Positions 38,285-47,568 are shown, counted from the stretch's first letter. The stretch: 64,000 nucleotides of DNA from Candidatus Yanofskybacteria bacterium RIFCSPHIGHO2_02_FULL_43_17 (GCA_001794435.1 MGJU01000014.1:27494-91493); one strand, 5' to 3'. Numbers and translations are program-made. The notes: generated by a model from the sequence alone, not told the origin.

Positions 38285-39568
38285 TTATTTTTTGTATCTC
38301 TTTTTGAGGTCTTGAATTATTTTAGGAAGCACTTTGAGAACATAGTCTATGTCCTTTTTTGTTGTTTGTCTGCCCATAGAAAATCTTAGGGCTCCGTTAA
38401 TGTATTTTTTATCCAACCCTATGGCCTTGAGTACATGAGACGGCTCAACGGCATGAGAGGTGCAGGCTGAACCGCTTCCGGCACATATTCCGTATTTATC
38501 GAGTTCCAACAAAAGCACTTCACTCGTCAGGTCTGGAACCGATATGTTCACATTATTCGGCAACCTGTTGATAATCGACTTCGCAAGTCGATTATCAACA
38601 GGTCCGTTAATTTTAACGTCCGGTAACAAGGCGCCCACTTTTTCGATAAGGTCATCCCTCAAGCCAGCAAGCCGTTCGCCTTCTTGTTCTTGCCCTGAGC
38701 TTGTGGATTCGACAGGCTCACCACCCTGAGGCTTTGTCGAATGGGTCGAATGAGTATCTATGTTATCTAAAGCCACAGCCAATCCGCCGATAGCCATCAG
38801 GTTCTCGGTCCCGGCTCTCAGGCCAGCCTCTTGCTCTCCACCTAACATAATAGGAGAAAGCTTAACCCCCCTCCTTGCATACAAAACACCTACTCCTTTC
38901 GGGCCATATATTTTGGAACCGTTAAAAGTAAGCAGGTCAACACCAAGATGGTTGACGTTCATATCCAGATATTCCGTCGCCTGACAAGCGTCGACATGAA
39001 AAATTGGAAATTTTTCATGTCGTATATTTCGAAATTTCGATATGTCGGCATACTCTTCACGAAAATCTCGAATTATTTTCGAGATTTTCGTGATCGGTTC
39101 AATGGTGCCTATTTCGTTATTGGCATACATTACCGACACCAGAACCGTACGGGAGTTTAGCTTGTTTTTTAGATCATTTAAATCCACCAGCCCATTTTGG
39201 TCTACTCTGACGAATTTAATTTCCCATCCTTTTTGCTTTAAAAACTTCAACGGCCTGAGTATTGACGGGTGTTCAATGGGAGTAGAGATTATCTCTCTTC
39301 GACTACGTTTAGAACAAGCATGGGCCAGTCCGAAAATGGCTAAGTTATTAGCTTCTGTACCGGAAGCAGTGAAAATTATCTCGTCCGAATGTGCCCCTAG
39401 AAATCTTGCCACCTTCAATCGAGCCCGTTCTGTATATTCCCGCGCTTCCCTACCACGGTCGTTGTAAGAAGACGGGTTGCCATACAGTTTAGTGACTTTG
39501 ACTATTTCTGCGACGACGTTTTCATCTATCGGAGTAGAGGCGGCGTTGTCTAAATAAACTTTTTTCAT
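38285..39568 (-). CDS. cysteine desulfurase (IscS/NifS-like aminotransferase class V) with low-complexity insertion
   Basis: MKKVYLDNAASTP N-terminus, SGTEANNLAI, PLP-fold pattern; insertion STHSTKPQGGEPVESTSSGQEQEGE. Confidence 0.8.
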   Translation of the reverse strand: MKKVYLDNAASTPIDENVVAEIVKVTKLYGNPSSYNDRGREAREYTERARLKVARFLGAHSDEIIFTASGTEANNLAIFGLAHACSKRSRREIISTPIEHPSILRPLKFLKQKGWEIKFVRVDQNGLVDLNDLKNKLNSRTVLVSVMYANNEIGTIEPITKISKIIRDFREEYADISKFRNIRHEKFPIFHVDACQATEYLDMNVNHLGVDLLTFNGSKIYGPKGVGVLYARRGVKLSPIMLGGEQEAGLRAGTENLMAIGGLAVALDNIDTHSTHSTKPQGGEPVESTSSGQEQEGERLAGLRDDLIEKVGALLPDVKINGPVDNRLAKSIINRLPNNVNISVPDLTSEVLLLELDKYGICAGSGSACTSHAVEPSHVLKAIGLDKKYINGALRFSMGRQTTKKDIDYVLKVLPKIIQDLKKRYKK

Positions 39569-39942
39569 ACGAACCTTTTCCTCTCGGGCCAAAAGAAAAG
39601 AGATAAGAACCCCCCTATAAGGCCCACGTCTCTGATAACAACCTCATTTATGCCAAAAGTAAACAAAATAGCGACCAGAAACATCAGCGCCAAAAAAGAG
39701 AATGTCTTTATGAAAATATTACTCAAAACACTTGCACCTACCAATAACTCAAAAACGCCGCTGGCATAGACAACGTCCATCCCACCGAGACCCGCCTTTG
39801 AAGCAACCGACAAAATTCCTTGGGAAATCCAGGCACTAAGCCAATACTGGGGATTCAGGAATTTATCCACTCCGAACCAAATGAAAACCGTCGCCAGACC
39901 GAGACGTAAAAACAGATTGGAATAACGAAGGGACTGAAACAT
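39565..39942 (-). CDS. DoxX-family membrane protein
   Basis: four TM helices; LGLATVFIWFGVDKF N-terminal pattern. Confidence 0.5.
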   Translation of the reverse strand: MFQSLRYSNLFLRLGLATVFIWFGVDKFLNPQYWLSAWISQGILSVASKAGLGGMDVVYASGVFELLVGASVLSNIFIKTFSFLALMFLVAILFTFGINEVVIRDVGLIGGFLSLFFWPERKRFV

Positions 39943-39944
39943 AA

Positions 39945-39976
39945 TGGTATATTGACAAAGACTAAAAATTAGTGTA
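39945..39976 (+). promoter_or_regulatory. consensus sigma70-type promoter TTGACA-17-TATAAT with no downstream ORF
   Basis: tattgacaaagactaaaaattagtgtataatac. Confidence 0.65.
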
Positions 39977-39981
39977 TAATA

Positions 39982-40232
39982 CAGATATCCTTAACTAGAG
40001 TCCGTACTGGCGACTTCGTATTTACACGGCATAAAATCTTCACCCCGTTTTACGGGAAGTGAAAATTCATTACTCTTCTATTATACAGAAGAATAGGCTT
40101 GCCGCAACAAGTATCGGGTCGCTGGTTCACCCCGCACTTAACGAGGGTCGGCAAAAACAGCCGTTAAGAGCTTGTCCTCGTTAAGTGCGGGGTTCAAACA
40201 AAAACTGTCGCTTCAAGCGACAGTTTTTGTTA
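39982..40232 (+). ncRNA. candidate small RNA (ORF-free transcript between consensus promoter and terminator)
   Basis: no ATG-initiated ORF; 17-bp perfect stem CCCCGCACTTAACGAGG/CCTCGTTAAGTGCGGGG; ends at AAAAACTGTCGCTTCAAGCGACAGTTTTTGTT. Confidence 0.4.
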
Positions 40233-41537
40233 TGCAGAGCAGTGGGATTCGATATACTCCAAAGCTTTCTCATTCACTATCCTTGACGCTATATTCTCTT
40301 TTATCTTTAGTGGATTGATGTCGGCTTGGCTGGTCTCACCGGCTATGATGGCCGACTGAATAGCCTGATCAGCCAACCCCTCGATTTCTTCTTGAGATGC
40401 TTTGATGCCAAGTTCCTTGGCCAACTTTCTTAGTATCAAGGATGTTTTAACCTGTTTTACAGCATCTTTGGTCCAGTCGTTTTTCAGTTCTTCCTGGGTC
40501 TTTCCTATTTTTGCCAAGTATAAACCGAGTTCCAGGCCTTTTCCGTGAAGAGTGTGATCAAAGTCAGAGACCATTATGTCGAGTTGTCTGTTGAGCAAGC
40601 TGTCGGGGACCTCTATTTTAGAACGGTCAATGATGTTATCCAAGATCTCCAGACGCAGTTTTTGGCTTTCTTTAGTTTTTTTCTCCTGAGTCAAGCCTTC
40701 TTTTAAGCTTTCTCTTAATTCCGTAAGGCTAGCGAAACGGCCCAAGGATCTGGCAAAATCATCGCTAATTTCCGGCCTTATAACTTTCTTGATATCACTC
40801 ACTTTAACATTGAAGTCCAAATTTTTACCGGCAATGTCTTTATGAAAATAGTCTTCAGGAGCGGTAAGAGAAAAGGACTTCTCATCCCCTCTCTTCATTC
40901 CCACCAACTGATCTTCAAACCCCGGGATGAAATTTCGGCCGCCTATTATAAGGGGGTGGCTCTTGCTTATGCCCCCTTCAATGATCTGACCGTCTTTCTT
41001 CACTTCAAAATCAACCTCGACCCTGTCTCCTTCTTCTGCTGTCTCGTTGTCGTCTTTGCTGATAAAGTTGGCCCTTGAGTTTTTGATAAATTCTATGGCA
41101 TCATCCACTTCTTTTTCTTCCACTGTTACGTCCTGCCTTTTTACTTTTATCTTGCTAAGATCGGTAAGTTCCACACCCGGAAACAAGTCTAGCAGTATCG
41201 AATACTTGAATTGGGCCGATTCGTTGCTTTCTATTGACAATTGGGATGTGTCAAGAACATCGAGAGAATTATCCTTGATAACATCAGACAAACTTTCTTC
41301 TACCGCTATTTCAAGGGCTAGTGTTCTTACCTGTTCTTGATCAAGATGTTTTTTAAGCAATTCTTTGGGAGCCTTTCCTTTTCTGAATCCCTTTACCTCA
41401 AGGTTGACGCCCAACGCACTCTCGGCTTTATTTAAGTATCTCTGGAGATCTTCCCGATCAAGTTCCACAGTCGCCTTGACTTGATTATTGTTCAGTTTCT
41501 TGAGGTTGTGTTTCATTTTTTTCGGAAGTTTGATCAA
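40230..41537 (-). CDS. tig: trigger factor
   Basis: N-terminal ribosome-binding domain GFRKGKAPK, FKBP-type PPIase core; start may be at 41516. Confidence 0.9.
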   Translation of the reverse strand: MIKLPKKMKHNLKKLNNNQVKATVELDREDLQRYLNKAESALGVNLEVKGFRKGKAPKELLKKHLDQEQVRTLALEIAVEESLSDVIKDNSLDVLDTSQLSIESNESAQFKYSILLDLFPGVELTDLSKIKVKRQDVTVEEKEVDDAIEFIKNSRANFISKDDNETAEEGDRVEVDFEVKKDGQIIEGGISKSHPLIIGGRNFIPGFEDQLVGMKRGDEKSFSLTAPEDYFHKDIAGKNLDFNVKVSDIKKVIRPEISDDFARSLGRFASLTELRESLKEGLTQEKKTKESQKLRLEILDNIIDRSKIEVPDSLLNRQLDIMVSDFDHTLHGKGLELGLYLAKIGKTQEELKNDWTKDAVKQVKTSLILRKLAKELGIKASQEEIEGLADQAIQSAIIAGETSQADINPLKIKENIASRIVNEKALEYIESHCSA

Positions 41538-42744
41538 AATCTACCGCCTCTCTGGGTGATCTGACATCGATCTTCCACCCGGTAAGTTTGGCCGCGAGAC
41601 GAACGTTTTGTCCCCTTTTGCCTATAGCCAACGAGAACTGATCATCGGATACTTCAACAAGAGCATGTTTTTTATCCTCATCCAAAACCTTAACATCCAG
41701 GATTTTTGCGGGAGAAAAAGAATTGGCTATAAACTCTGCTACCTTGTCGCTCCACAAGATTATGTCTATCTTTTCACCAGCTAGTTCGTTTATGACTGTC
41801 TGCACTCTGACGCCCTTCTGCCCGACAAGTGAGCCGATCGGATCAACCCCGTTTTCTTTTGAAGTTACCGCTATCTTTGTCCTAGATCCCGCTTCTCTGG
41901 CAATGGCCTTGACTTCAACTGCTCCACTGTCTATCTCCGGAACTTCCATCCCAAATAAGCCGTAAACTAGTCTAGGATGAGACCTCGATAATACCACTAC
42001 CGGGCCCCTGGGAGTTTCATCAACTTTCAATATCAAAAACCGCAACCGAGAACCTATCCTGTAGTTTTCTTCCGGAACTTGCTCTGCGACTGTAAGTATC
42101 CCATTCGTTTTTCCGATATCAATAAAGACGAGCGGTCCTTCTTTTCTTTGAACGATGCCGCTAATTATCTCGCCTTCCTTCTTTTTGAACTCTTCATAAA
42201 CAGCGCTTCTCTCGGCTTCCCTTAACCGCTGTATGACAACTTGTTTGGCTGTTTGAGCGGCAATGCGTCCGAATTCAGTATGGGTTTCCAGCTCGGTTAT
42301 AAGTTCATCGCCTACTTTTATCTTCTTGTTGATCTTTTTAGCATCGTCGAGAAGAATATGTTTTTCTGGGTTGAATTTTACTTTAAATTCTCCCTCCTCT
42401 TCTTTCTCGGTTTCTTCTTTTTCTGTAGTTCCTGTCTCTCTGCGTCGTGATCTTCCCTCCATATCGGCAAAATCAGATTTTTCTTCCATCAGCTTTAAGG
42501 GTAGCGGTCCCGTTATATTTTCCTCTTCGTCCACGCCCTCAACGACGTAATGAACTTGGGACACCTTTATATCTCCTGTTTCCGGATCAAGCTTGGCCCT
42601 CACTATCTGGCCCTTTTTGCCGTAATCTCTTTTATAGGCAGCCGCAATAGCCGCTTCAACGGTTTCTAAAACACTCCCTTCAGGTATGCCCTTTTCCTCG
42701 GCAATCTGCTTTATTGCCACTAAGAATTGTTTTACATCAAGCAT
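41485..42744 (-). CDS. nusA: transcription termination/antitermination factor NusA
   Basis: N-terminal domain, S1, two KH domains; acidic insertion. Confidence 0.9.
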   Translation of the reverse strand: MLDVKQFLVAIKQIAEEKGIPEGSVLETVEAAIAAAYKRDYGKKGQIVRAKLDPETGDIKVSQVHYVVEGVDEEENITGPLPLKLMEEKSDFADMEGRSRRRETGTTEKEETEKEEEGEFKVKFNPEKHILLDDAKKINKKIKVGDELITELETHTEFGRIAAQTAKQVVIQRLREAERSAVYEEFKKKEGEIISGIVQRKEGPLVFIDIGKTNGILTVAEQVPEENYRIGSRLRFLILKVDETPRGPVVVLSRSHPRLVYGLFGMEVPEIDSGAVEVKAIAREAGSRTKIAVTSKENGVDPIGSLVGQKGVRVQTVINELAGEKIDIILWSDKVAEFIANSFSPAKILDVKVLDEDKKHALVEVSDDQFSLAIGKRGQNVRLAAKLTGWKIDVRSPREAVDFDQTSEKNETQPQETEQ

Positions 42745-42917
42745 GCTGGCTTACAACTTACGACTTACAACCTACAACTTTTTGTTGTTGGTAATTAGTA
42801 GTTGGTCGTTGATTAAAGAAGAAGCCCGCCACTCAGCGGACTTATCAGTATGTTTAAATGATATCAAATTTTTAAAAAAGCGTCAACCCCTCGTCTCTTA
42901 TCCACAAATTTTACTTT

Positions 42918-42990
42918 ACCCCGCTCTTGAAAAGAGTTAGAAGAGATTAGTTTTGTAAACAAGGGTTTAATAACTTTTCAAGGACGGGGT
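42918..42990. repeat. short member of the TTCAAGGGCGGGG inverted-repeat family
   Basis: ACCCCGCTCTTGAAAAG ... CTTTTCAAGGACGGGGT with ~40-bp spacer, between divergent nusA and pilB. Confidence 0.55.
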
Positions 42991-43140
42991 TTACAAAAAG
43001 GTTGGTCAGTTAGAGTCCTGTTTATAGTCTTGGTTATAAGAAATGTTAAAGTTTAGTTATGCTGAGTAGTAGATTTTTCGGCTACGGCTTAGCGGTAACC
43101 AAGTCAGATTATTTTTTAACTGCAAAAATCACTATCTAGT

Positions 43141-44814
43141 ATGCCTGAAGACAAATCAACAAAAAAAGAGGAGGAGCTGGAGAAAAAACTCTTAGATATG
43201 AGAGGGCGGGCGGAAGAAGACAAATATAAAGCTCTTGCCCAACAGTTGAACCTTCCCTACTCCAATCTTATATCAATTCCCATCGATACTGATGCGCTAT
43301 CTTTATTAAGCGAAGAAGAAGCTCGCTCAGCCAGTATCGCCCCAATATTCCAAAAGGACTCAAAAATCATTGTAGTAACAGTGGACCCTACCAACCCCGT
43401 GACTCAAAAGGTTATTTCCAGACTGAAAGAGAACAGCGAGGTTGATGTGATTTTGACAAATCCTCGATCCCTTCAAAACATTCTGAAAAGGTACCGGGAC
43501 ATAAAAAAGGCGGATGTTTTTGAGGTCGGAGCAATAGAAATACGAGAGAAAGAGTTAGACCGGCTTGAAGGTGAGATAAAAAACATCTCAGATATAAAAG
43601 AGCGAATGAAAAAAATGTCCGCCACAAGCCTGTTAGAAATGATCGTGGCTGGAGCCTTAAAAACAGAGGCATCGGATATACACCTGGAACCCGAATCGGA
43701 CAAGATCCGGCTGAGATACCGACTCGACGGTCTTTTGCATGACATAGCCTCTTTAGATGAACCGTCTTATGAGAAGGTGTTGAATAGAATAAAGGTTTTG
43801 TCGAAAATCAAACTTAATATTCACAACACCCCCCAAGATGGACGATTTACCATACGTCTGAAAACCGTATCTATAGAGGTGAGGGTGTCGGTCTTACCAA
43901 GCGAATTCGGCGAAACCGTCGTAATACGGCTTCTTGATCCAAGAACAATTAAAAGAAGCCTCGAAGAGCTGGGGATGAGAGACGACTTGCTAAATAAGGT
44001 TAAGGAAGTCCTGAAAAAACCGACGGGAGCCATCTTTACGACCGGTCCAACCGGTTCCGGTAAAACAACGATGCTATATGCTTTCGTCAGCTACCTTAAC
44101 TCACCCGAAACCAAAATAGTAACAATAGAGGATCCGATAGAATACCACATCGAGGGTATATCCCAGACCCAAGTTGACACCCATAAAGGATATACTTTTG
44201 CCAACGGCTTAAGGGCCATCGTTAGACAAGACCCTGACATTATCCTTGTAGGAGAGATAAGGGATGCCGAAACGGCCAATATCGCTTTACAATCCGCCCT
44301 TACGGGGCACTTAGTACTGTCAACTATCCACACAAATGACGCCGCCGGCACCATTCCCCGCTTGATAGATCTCGACATAAGGCCTCAAATAATAGCCCCT
44401 GCCATAAATGTGGCGATGGCCCAGCGCCTAGTCAGAAAATTGTGTCCCAACTGCAAGAAAATGGAAAAGATCGAGACAGAAGACTTGAAAAAAATAAAAG
44501 CACTATTAGAACCATTGTCGAAATTTCGAAATATCGATATGTCAAAATATCCGAAGCTAGACGCCAGTTTGGAGATAGGCACCCCTGGAAAATGCACAGA
44601 ATGCAATGATTCGGGCTACAAAGGGCGTATCGGTGTCTTTGAAGCGTTTGAGATGTCGCGGGAAATGGAGAAATTAATATTGAGATCGCCGGCAATGTCG
44701 GAGGTAAGGGATCTAGCTATAACCGAGGGCATGGTAACAATGCTGCAAGATGCGTACATCAAGCTGATCAACGGAGTAACATCGATGGAAGAAATAGACA
44801 GAGTGTTAGGATAG
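43141..44814 (+). CDS. pilB: type IV pilus/type II secretion assembly ATPase (PilB/GspE family)
   Basis: GPTGSGKTT Walker A, IEDPIEY, ILVGEIRD, tetra-Cys zinc motif CPNC...CTEC. Confidence 0.9.
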   Translation: MPEDKSTKKEEELEKKLLDMRGRAEEDKYKALAQQLNLPYSNLISIPIDTDALSLLSEEEARSASIAPIFQKDSKIIVVTVDPTNPVTQKVISRLKENSEVDVILTNPRSLQNILKRYRDIKKADVFEVGAIEIREKELDRLEGEIKNISDIKERMKKMSATSLLEMIVAGALKTEASDIHLEPESDKIRLRYRLDGLLHDIASLDEPSYEKVLNRIKVLSKIKLNIHNTPQDGRFTIRLKTVSIEVRVSVLPSEFGETVVIRLLDPRTIKRSLEELGMRDDLLNKVKEVLKKPTGAIFTTGPTGSGKTTMLYAFVSYLNSPETKIVTIEDPIEYHIEGISQTQVDTHKGYTFANGLRAIVRQDPDIILVGEIRDAETANIALQSALTGHLVLSTIHTNDAAGTIPRLIDLDIRPQIIAPAINVAMAQRLVRKLCPNCKKMEKIETEDLKKIKALLEPLSKFRNIDMSKYPKLDASLEIGTPGKCTECNDSGYKGRIGVFEAFEMSREMEKLILRSPAMSEVRDLAITEGMVTMLQDAYIKLINGVTSMEEIDRVLG

Positions 44815-44862
44815 CCACTAGCCAATAGCGATTAGCCACCCCGCCAGGGCGGGGTCGCTAAT
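44813..44862. repeat. GC-rich extended hairpin immediately after the stop codon (family of three)
   Basis: GCCACTAGCCAATAGCGATTAGCCACCCCGCCAGGGCGGGGTCGCTAAT; paralogs at 54674-54730 and 55429-55485. Confidence 0.6.
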
Positions 44863-44867
44863 TAGAA

Positions 44868-45031
44868 GAACCCTTATAATCTGTAGGCAAAACCCGAGCC
44901 ATAAAAACACGGGGGCAGGATAATTCCGAGGAGTAAGCCAGTCGAAACCAACTTATCCAAACTAAGATAGCATCCCGGTTGGACCTACGTATTAAAATAC
45001 TCAATCCAATTGCCTACAGATTATAATGGTT
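44868..45031. repeat. 164-bp element bounded by 22-bp inverted repeats
   Basis: AACCCTTATAATCTGTAGGCAA ... TTGCCTACAGATTATAATGGTT; internal ORF-free. Confidence 0.55.
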
Positions 45032-45135
45032 CTTTACGCTATATTTTAAGTTAAAAAATAGCGAATGTCAACCCCGCCCTTGAAATAGGGTGGCCCCAGC
45101 AATAATCAAAATTATCGCAATAAATTACAAATTCT

Positions 45136-46284
45136 ATGGAAGCAGATAACAAACACGACAATCATTCTTCAAATACCGCTCTCAAGGACGGGGTCAATCA
45201 CTCAAACTTAACCCCCAAAGCCGCTATGGACGACCAGGTCCTGGACAATGCACTCCGGCCCAAGACATTTGGCGAATATGTCGGGCAGGACAAGATTAAG
45301 GAAAATCTGAGAATAGTCATCGGGGCGGCGAAGAAAAGACGGGAACCCGTGGAACACCTGCTGTTTCATGGCCCTTCCGGGCTTGGAAAGACAACTCTCG
45401 CTTATTTGGTGGCAAAAGAACTGGGAGCTGACATCAGGATAACTTCGGGCACAGCCCTTGAAAAAGCCGGAGATGTCGGTTCAATCCTGACCGGCCTTAA
45501 TGACGGCGATGTTATCTTTATCGACGAGGTGCATCGCCTTAACAAAGCCGTTGAGGAAGTGATATATCCGGCTATGGAGAACTTCAAGCTGGATATAGTC
45601 ATTGGAAAAGGCAATTCCGCAAAGACACTACAAATAGATCTTCCTCGTTTCACTCTTATTGCCGCCACAACTAAAATCTCAATGCTTTCAGCCCCCTTTA
45701 GATCAAGGTTTGGGGTTAATTTCCGGCTCGACTTCTACAACCAAGAGGACATCGAAGAAATCATATCAAGGTCAGCACATCTGCTTGGCGTAGATATCAA
45801 AAAAGAAGCCGTCAAAGAGGTAGCTCTTGCTTCAAGATTCACGCCCAGAGTTGCAAATCGTCTTCTGAAGAGAGTCCGTGACTTCAGCCAAATGAATCCA
45901 GTTAGAGGTAAGACGCCCCTCAAAGAGGGGTCGTCTGCCGACCACGCCATTGCGGCGGGTCGGACCTCTAACGGGATGAATGACACTTATATCACTGCTG
46001 AAACCGCCAAAAGTGCTTTAAAAATGCTTGAGATAGACGACAAAGGACTCGAGGAAACAGACAGAAAAATTCTGTTAGCCATAATCAACAACTTCGATGG
46101 CGGTCCTGCCGGTCTCAAATCTATTGCTGCATCTATTTCAGAAGAAGAAAGTACAATAGAAGATGTTTACGAACCGTACTTGATGCAGATGGGATTTCTC
46201 GCAAGAACTCCGAAAGGAAGGATTGTCACCTCCCGAGGATTTGAGCACTTAGGACTAAAAAACAATAAACCGAAGTTGTTATGA
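45136..46284 (+). CDS. ruvB: Holliday junction branch migration helicase RuvB (N-terminal extension and internal insertion)
   Basis: LRPKTFGEYVGQ, GPSGLGKTTLA Walker A, IFIDEVHRL Walker B. Confidence 0.9.
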   Translation: MEADNKHDNHSSNTALKDGVNHSNLTPKAAMDDQVLDNALRPKTFGEYVGQDKIKENLRIVIGAAKKRREPVEHLLFHGPSGLGKTTLAYLVAKELGADIRITSGTALEKAGDVGSILTGLNDGDVIFIDEVHRLNKAVEEVIYPAMENFKLDIVIGKGNSAKTLQIDLPRFTLIAATTKISMLSAPFRSRFGVNFRLDFYNQEDIEEIISRSAHLLGVDIKKEAVKEVALASRFTPRVANRLLKRVRDFSQMNPVRGKTPLKEGSSADHAIAAGRTSNGMNDTYITAETAKSALKMLEIDDKGLEETDRKILLAIINNFDGGPAGLKSIAASISEEESTIEDVYEPYLMQMGFLARTPKGRIVTSRGFEHLGLKNNKPKLL

Positions 46285-46784
46285 GTGGCCATAGTCGCTG
46301 GTCGCAAATAAAACACAAAAAATCGTTAACTGACCAAAAACGGGGTCAGATATTTTCTAAGCTTTCAAAAAACATAACTCTTGCCGCTCGCAAAGGCACT
46401 GACCCGAAAAACAATATTGTTCTTCAAAACGCCATTGAACAAGCGCGGCGGGAAAATATGCCGAATGATAATATTGAACGAGCTATTAAAAAAGCGTCGG
46501 AAAAAGACGGCGCGCAATTGGAAGAGATAATGGTAGAAGCAATTGGGCCCGCGGGAGTCGCTTTGAGAATAAAGGGGGTTACCGACAACAAAAACCGCAC
46601 CATCTCGGAAATTAAGAAAATCCTTTCAACTCACGAAGCAAAAATGATCCAACCCGGAAGTATCGGCTGGATGTTCAACACTTCAGTCCAAGTTAGTGAC
46701 CAGACGCAGCAGAATCTTGCTAAATTATTCGGCGTACTAAATGACAATCCTGATGTTATTGATATAATTTCAAATTTGAACTGA
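46281..46784 (+). CDS. YebC/PmpR-family protein, C-terminally short (167 aa)
   Basis: MSGHSRWSQIKHKK N-terminal signature; ends about 70 aa before typical family length. Confidence 0.7.
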   Translation: MSGHSRWSQIKHKKSLTDQKRGQIFSKLSKNITLAARKGTDPKNNIVLQNAIEQARRENMPNDNIERAIKKASEKDGAQLEEIMVEAIGPAGVALRIKGVTDNKNRTISEIKKILSTHEAKMIQPGSIGWMFNTSVQVSDQTQQNLAKLFGVLNDNPDVIDIISNLN

Positions 46785-46831
46785 AACTAAATTACTTCAT
46801 TACGTATTTCGCATTACGCATTAAATCAAAC

Positions 46832-46866
46832 TAATCCGTAATCCGTAATCCGTAATCCGTAATCCG
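46832..46866. repeat. (TAATCCG)5 tandem heptamer repeat
   Basis: perfect five-unit tandem array; flanked by ATTACGCATT motif shared with 15531 and 51353. Confidence 0.85.
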
Positions 46867-46870
46867 TTAA

Positions 46871-47338
46871 TTGATTACACTAGGTATTGACCCAGGCACA
46901 ACTCGTATCGGCTATGGCGTAGTGCGACAAGATAAGAATCGTTTTGTTTGTGTTGACTATGGAATTTTAAAAGTTGGCAGTGATAAATTTACCGGATTTA
47001 AAGAAGCATCTCGAGAGTTGAAGAAACTTATCACAAAATATAAGCCTGATCAGGCGGGCATTGAAAAGCTCTTCTTTTTCAAAAATCATAAGACCGTGAT
47101 GGCTGTAAGCGAGATGCGCGGAGTATTGCTTCTTACGCTTGCCGAAAATAACATCCCTATTCAGGAATTCACCCCTCTTCAGGTAAAACAGAGCATAAGC
47201 GCTCATGGCCGCGCGGAGAAAGCCCAAATGCAAAGAATAGTCCAGTTGCTGTTGGGTCTAAAAGAGCCAATAAAGCCGGATGATGCCGCTGACGCTCTGG
47301 CTATTGCAATTTGTTGTACAAATAATAGAATGTTTTAA
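46871..47338 (+). CDS. ruvC: crossover junction endodeoxyribonuclease RuvC
   Basis: ITLGIDPGTTRIGYGV N-terminal catalytic Asp region; TTG start. Confidence 0.85.
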   Translation: MITLGIDPGTTRIGYGVVRQDKNRFVCVDYGILKVGSDKFTGFKEASRELKKLITKYKPDQAGIEKLFFFKNHKTVMAVSEMRGVLLLTLAENNIPIQEFTPLQVKQSISAHGRAEKAQMQRIVQLLLGLKEPIKPDDAADALAIAICCTNNRMF

Positions 47339-47384
47339 GTTTTAAATTTGGTCGAAAACAAACATAATACAAACCGCAAACAAT

Positions 47385-47540
47385 ATGTCTATGAATGAAG
47401 GAATTGTTTATTTTGACGAGGCAGACGAAGTTGTCGCAAACGACGACGCGAAAGACCTCGAAGATGACGAATTAGAGGATGACGAGAACGACGAAGATGA
47501 AAAAGACGAAGAAGATGACAGCGAAGAAGAAACCGTCTAG
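47385..47540 (+). CDS. small highly acidic protein (51 aa)
   Basis: MSMNEGIVYFDEADEVV...DDENDEDEKDEEDDSEEETV; followed by terminator; below ORF-track cutoff. Confidence 0.3.
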   Translation: MSMNEGIVYFDEADEVVANDDAKDLEDDELEDDENDEDEKDEEDDSEEETV

Positions 47541-47546
47541 TAAAAT

Positions 47547-47568
47547 AAAACGCCCTGCAGGGCGTTTT
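47547..47568. terminator. bidirectional intrinsic terminator
   Basis: AAAACGCCCTGCAGGGCGTTTT between convergent small ORF and tyrS. Confidence 0.75.

Noticed and set aside
42745-42830. Repeated TACAAC/TTACGAC motifs upstream of nusA as a possible regulatory array
   Set aside because: Short, imperfect and not recurring elsewhere in the window. Likely low-complexity AT-rich leader sequence.
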